Positions 63,479 through 64,000 of a stretch of 64,000 bases of DNA are shown here, piece after piece; within the stretch, counting starts at the first letter, position 1; every line of letters starts with the position of its first letter. The DNA comes from Cyanidioschyzon merolae (Eukaryota), in NCBI GenBank assembly GCA_000091205.1, contig AP006500.2; one strand, given 5' to 3'. Made by a program: the position numbers and the translations under genes. The notes under the pieces were generated by a model. That model saw only the letters and a program-made list of their open reading frames with translations. It had not been told where the DNA came from and did no database searches.

Positions 63479-64000
63479 CCGATTGCTTCGCGTCGACTCT
63501 TGAGTCGATGCTCGTGAAGGCATCGCAGGGCCGCCTTGTAGCCTTATGGCGCAGGCACTGAACTTTGTATCCAGTCGGTTTCTGGATCGATGAAGGCTCT
63601 TCTCTGTATGAGACCGCTGTTCGGCATGTTAGAAGGAAAAGGCGACTGCGAACGAACTGAGGTCTCAAAGATGATCATTGGCCGCATACGTCCATCCGGG
63701 ATACCTGGTTAGACTCATGTACATTTTACCCTGACAAATCTCGAGACTCGTGCGACGATAGCTGTGATGTTTACGTGCGTGCCAAGCTCCTTGTGACGAA
63801 ATGAGCAGCAAATGCCTAGAAAGGAACGATTTCATCGCTTTCTGTTCGCTGGTGTCAGATCGATGCCTCGAACCGGAATCACCCACACACCCAATGACGA
63901 TCGGCATTTCAGGAAAGTGGCTACCGTATTTGCCCACTCGCCTCAATATCTCACCAGTCTAGTACCGGAATTCCGAATGGGATAATGGTTCGATCCTTGC

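Noticed and set aside
63960-64000. tRNA-like T-loop sequence ggttcgatcc at the very end of the window
   Set aside because: The flanking 5-nt segments (aatgg / cttgc) cannot form a T-stem, and no D-arm or acceptor pairing could be built from the upstream 70 nt. Probably a chance match.

Overview
GC-rich (about 58-60%) eukaryotic nuclear DNA with very long uninterrupted ORFs of 1.0-2.3 kaa carrying low-complexity insertions (polyQ, polyH, G/S/A runs). Gene strand switches often and there is no obvious exon-intron structure, so this looks like an intron-poor protist or alga. The taxon cannot be fixed from sequence alone; a SecE-like ORF with an Ala/Arg-rich N-terminus and a BSD2-like DnaJ zinc-finger ORF hint at a plastid-bearing lineage. 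Recognisable genes, 5' to 3': (1) a degenerate LINE-like non-LTR retrotransposon fragment with an RT domain at the window start; (2) a giant P5B-type P-type ATPase (DKTGTLT, PPALP, TGD, GDGANDAGAL); (3) a DEAD-box RNA helicase with a polyQ tract; (4) a 2339-aa protein with cysteine-containing leucine-rich repeats; (5) a redox trio of a membrane-anchored NADPH-cytochrome P450 reductase-like diflavin reductase, a CDHC thioredoxin-fold protein and a DnaJ-type CxxCxGxG zinc-finger protein; (6) a SecE-like tail-anchored protein; (7) a radical-SAM HemW/RSAD1-like protein; (8) an XRN-family 5'-3' exoribonuclease of 1527 aa; (9) an unassigned 1529-aa helical protein; (10) a GUCD1-like WDCG papain-fold protein; (11) a Sil1/HspBP1/Fes1-like armadillo nucleotide-exchange factor with a signal anchor. 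Most notable: between 55.5 and 57.5 kb, in an AT-richer island, lies a frame-disrupted ORF with the split RuvC motifs of TnpB/Fanzor RNA-guided nucleases ([29 protein letters not shown]). This is most likely a Fanzor1-like mobile-element relic, or an intron-containing gene. Two about 1.6-kb nearly identical inverted repeats (23606-25222 and 34537-36146) bracket a 9.3-kb segment that carries the redox trio, a potential invertible or composite unit. Three separate minisatellite arrays are present, two with a 78-bp period and unrelated sequence, plus a 128-bp x2 duplication right after one ORF. No rRNA, tRNA or CRISPR could be supported.
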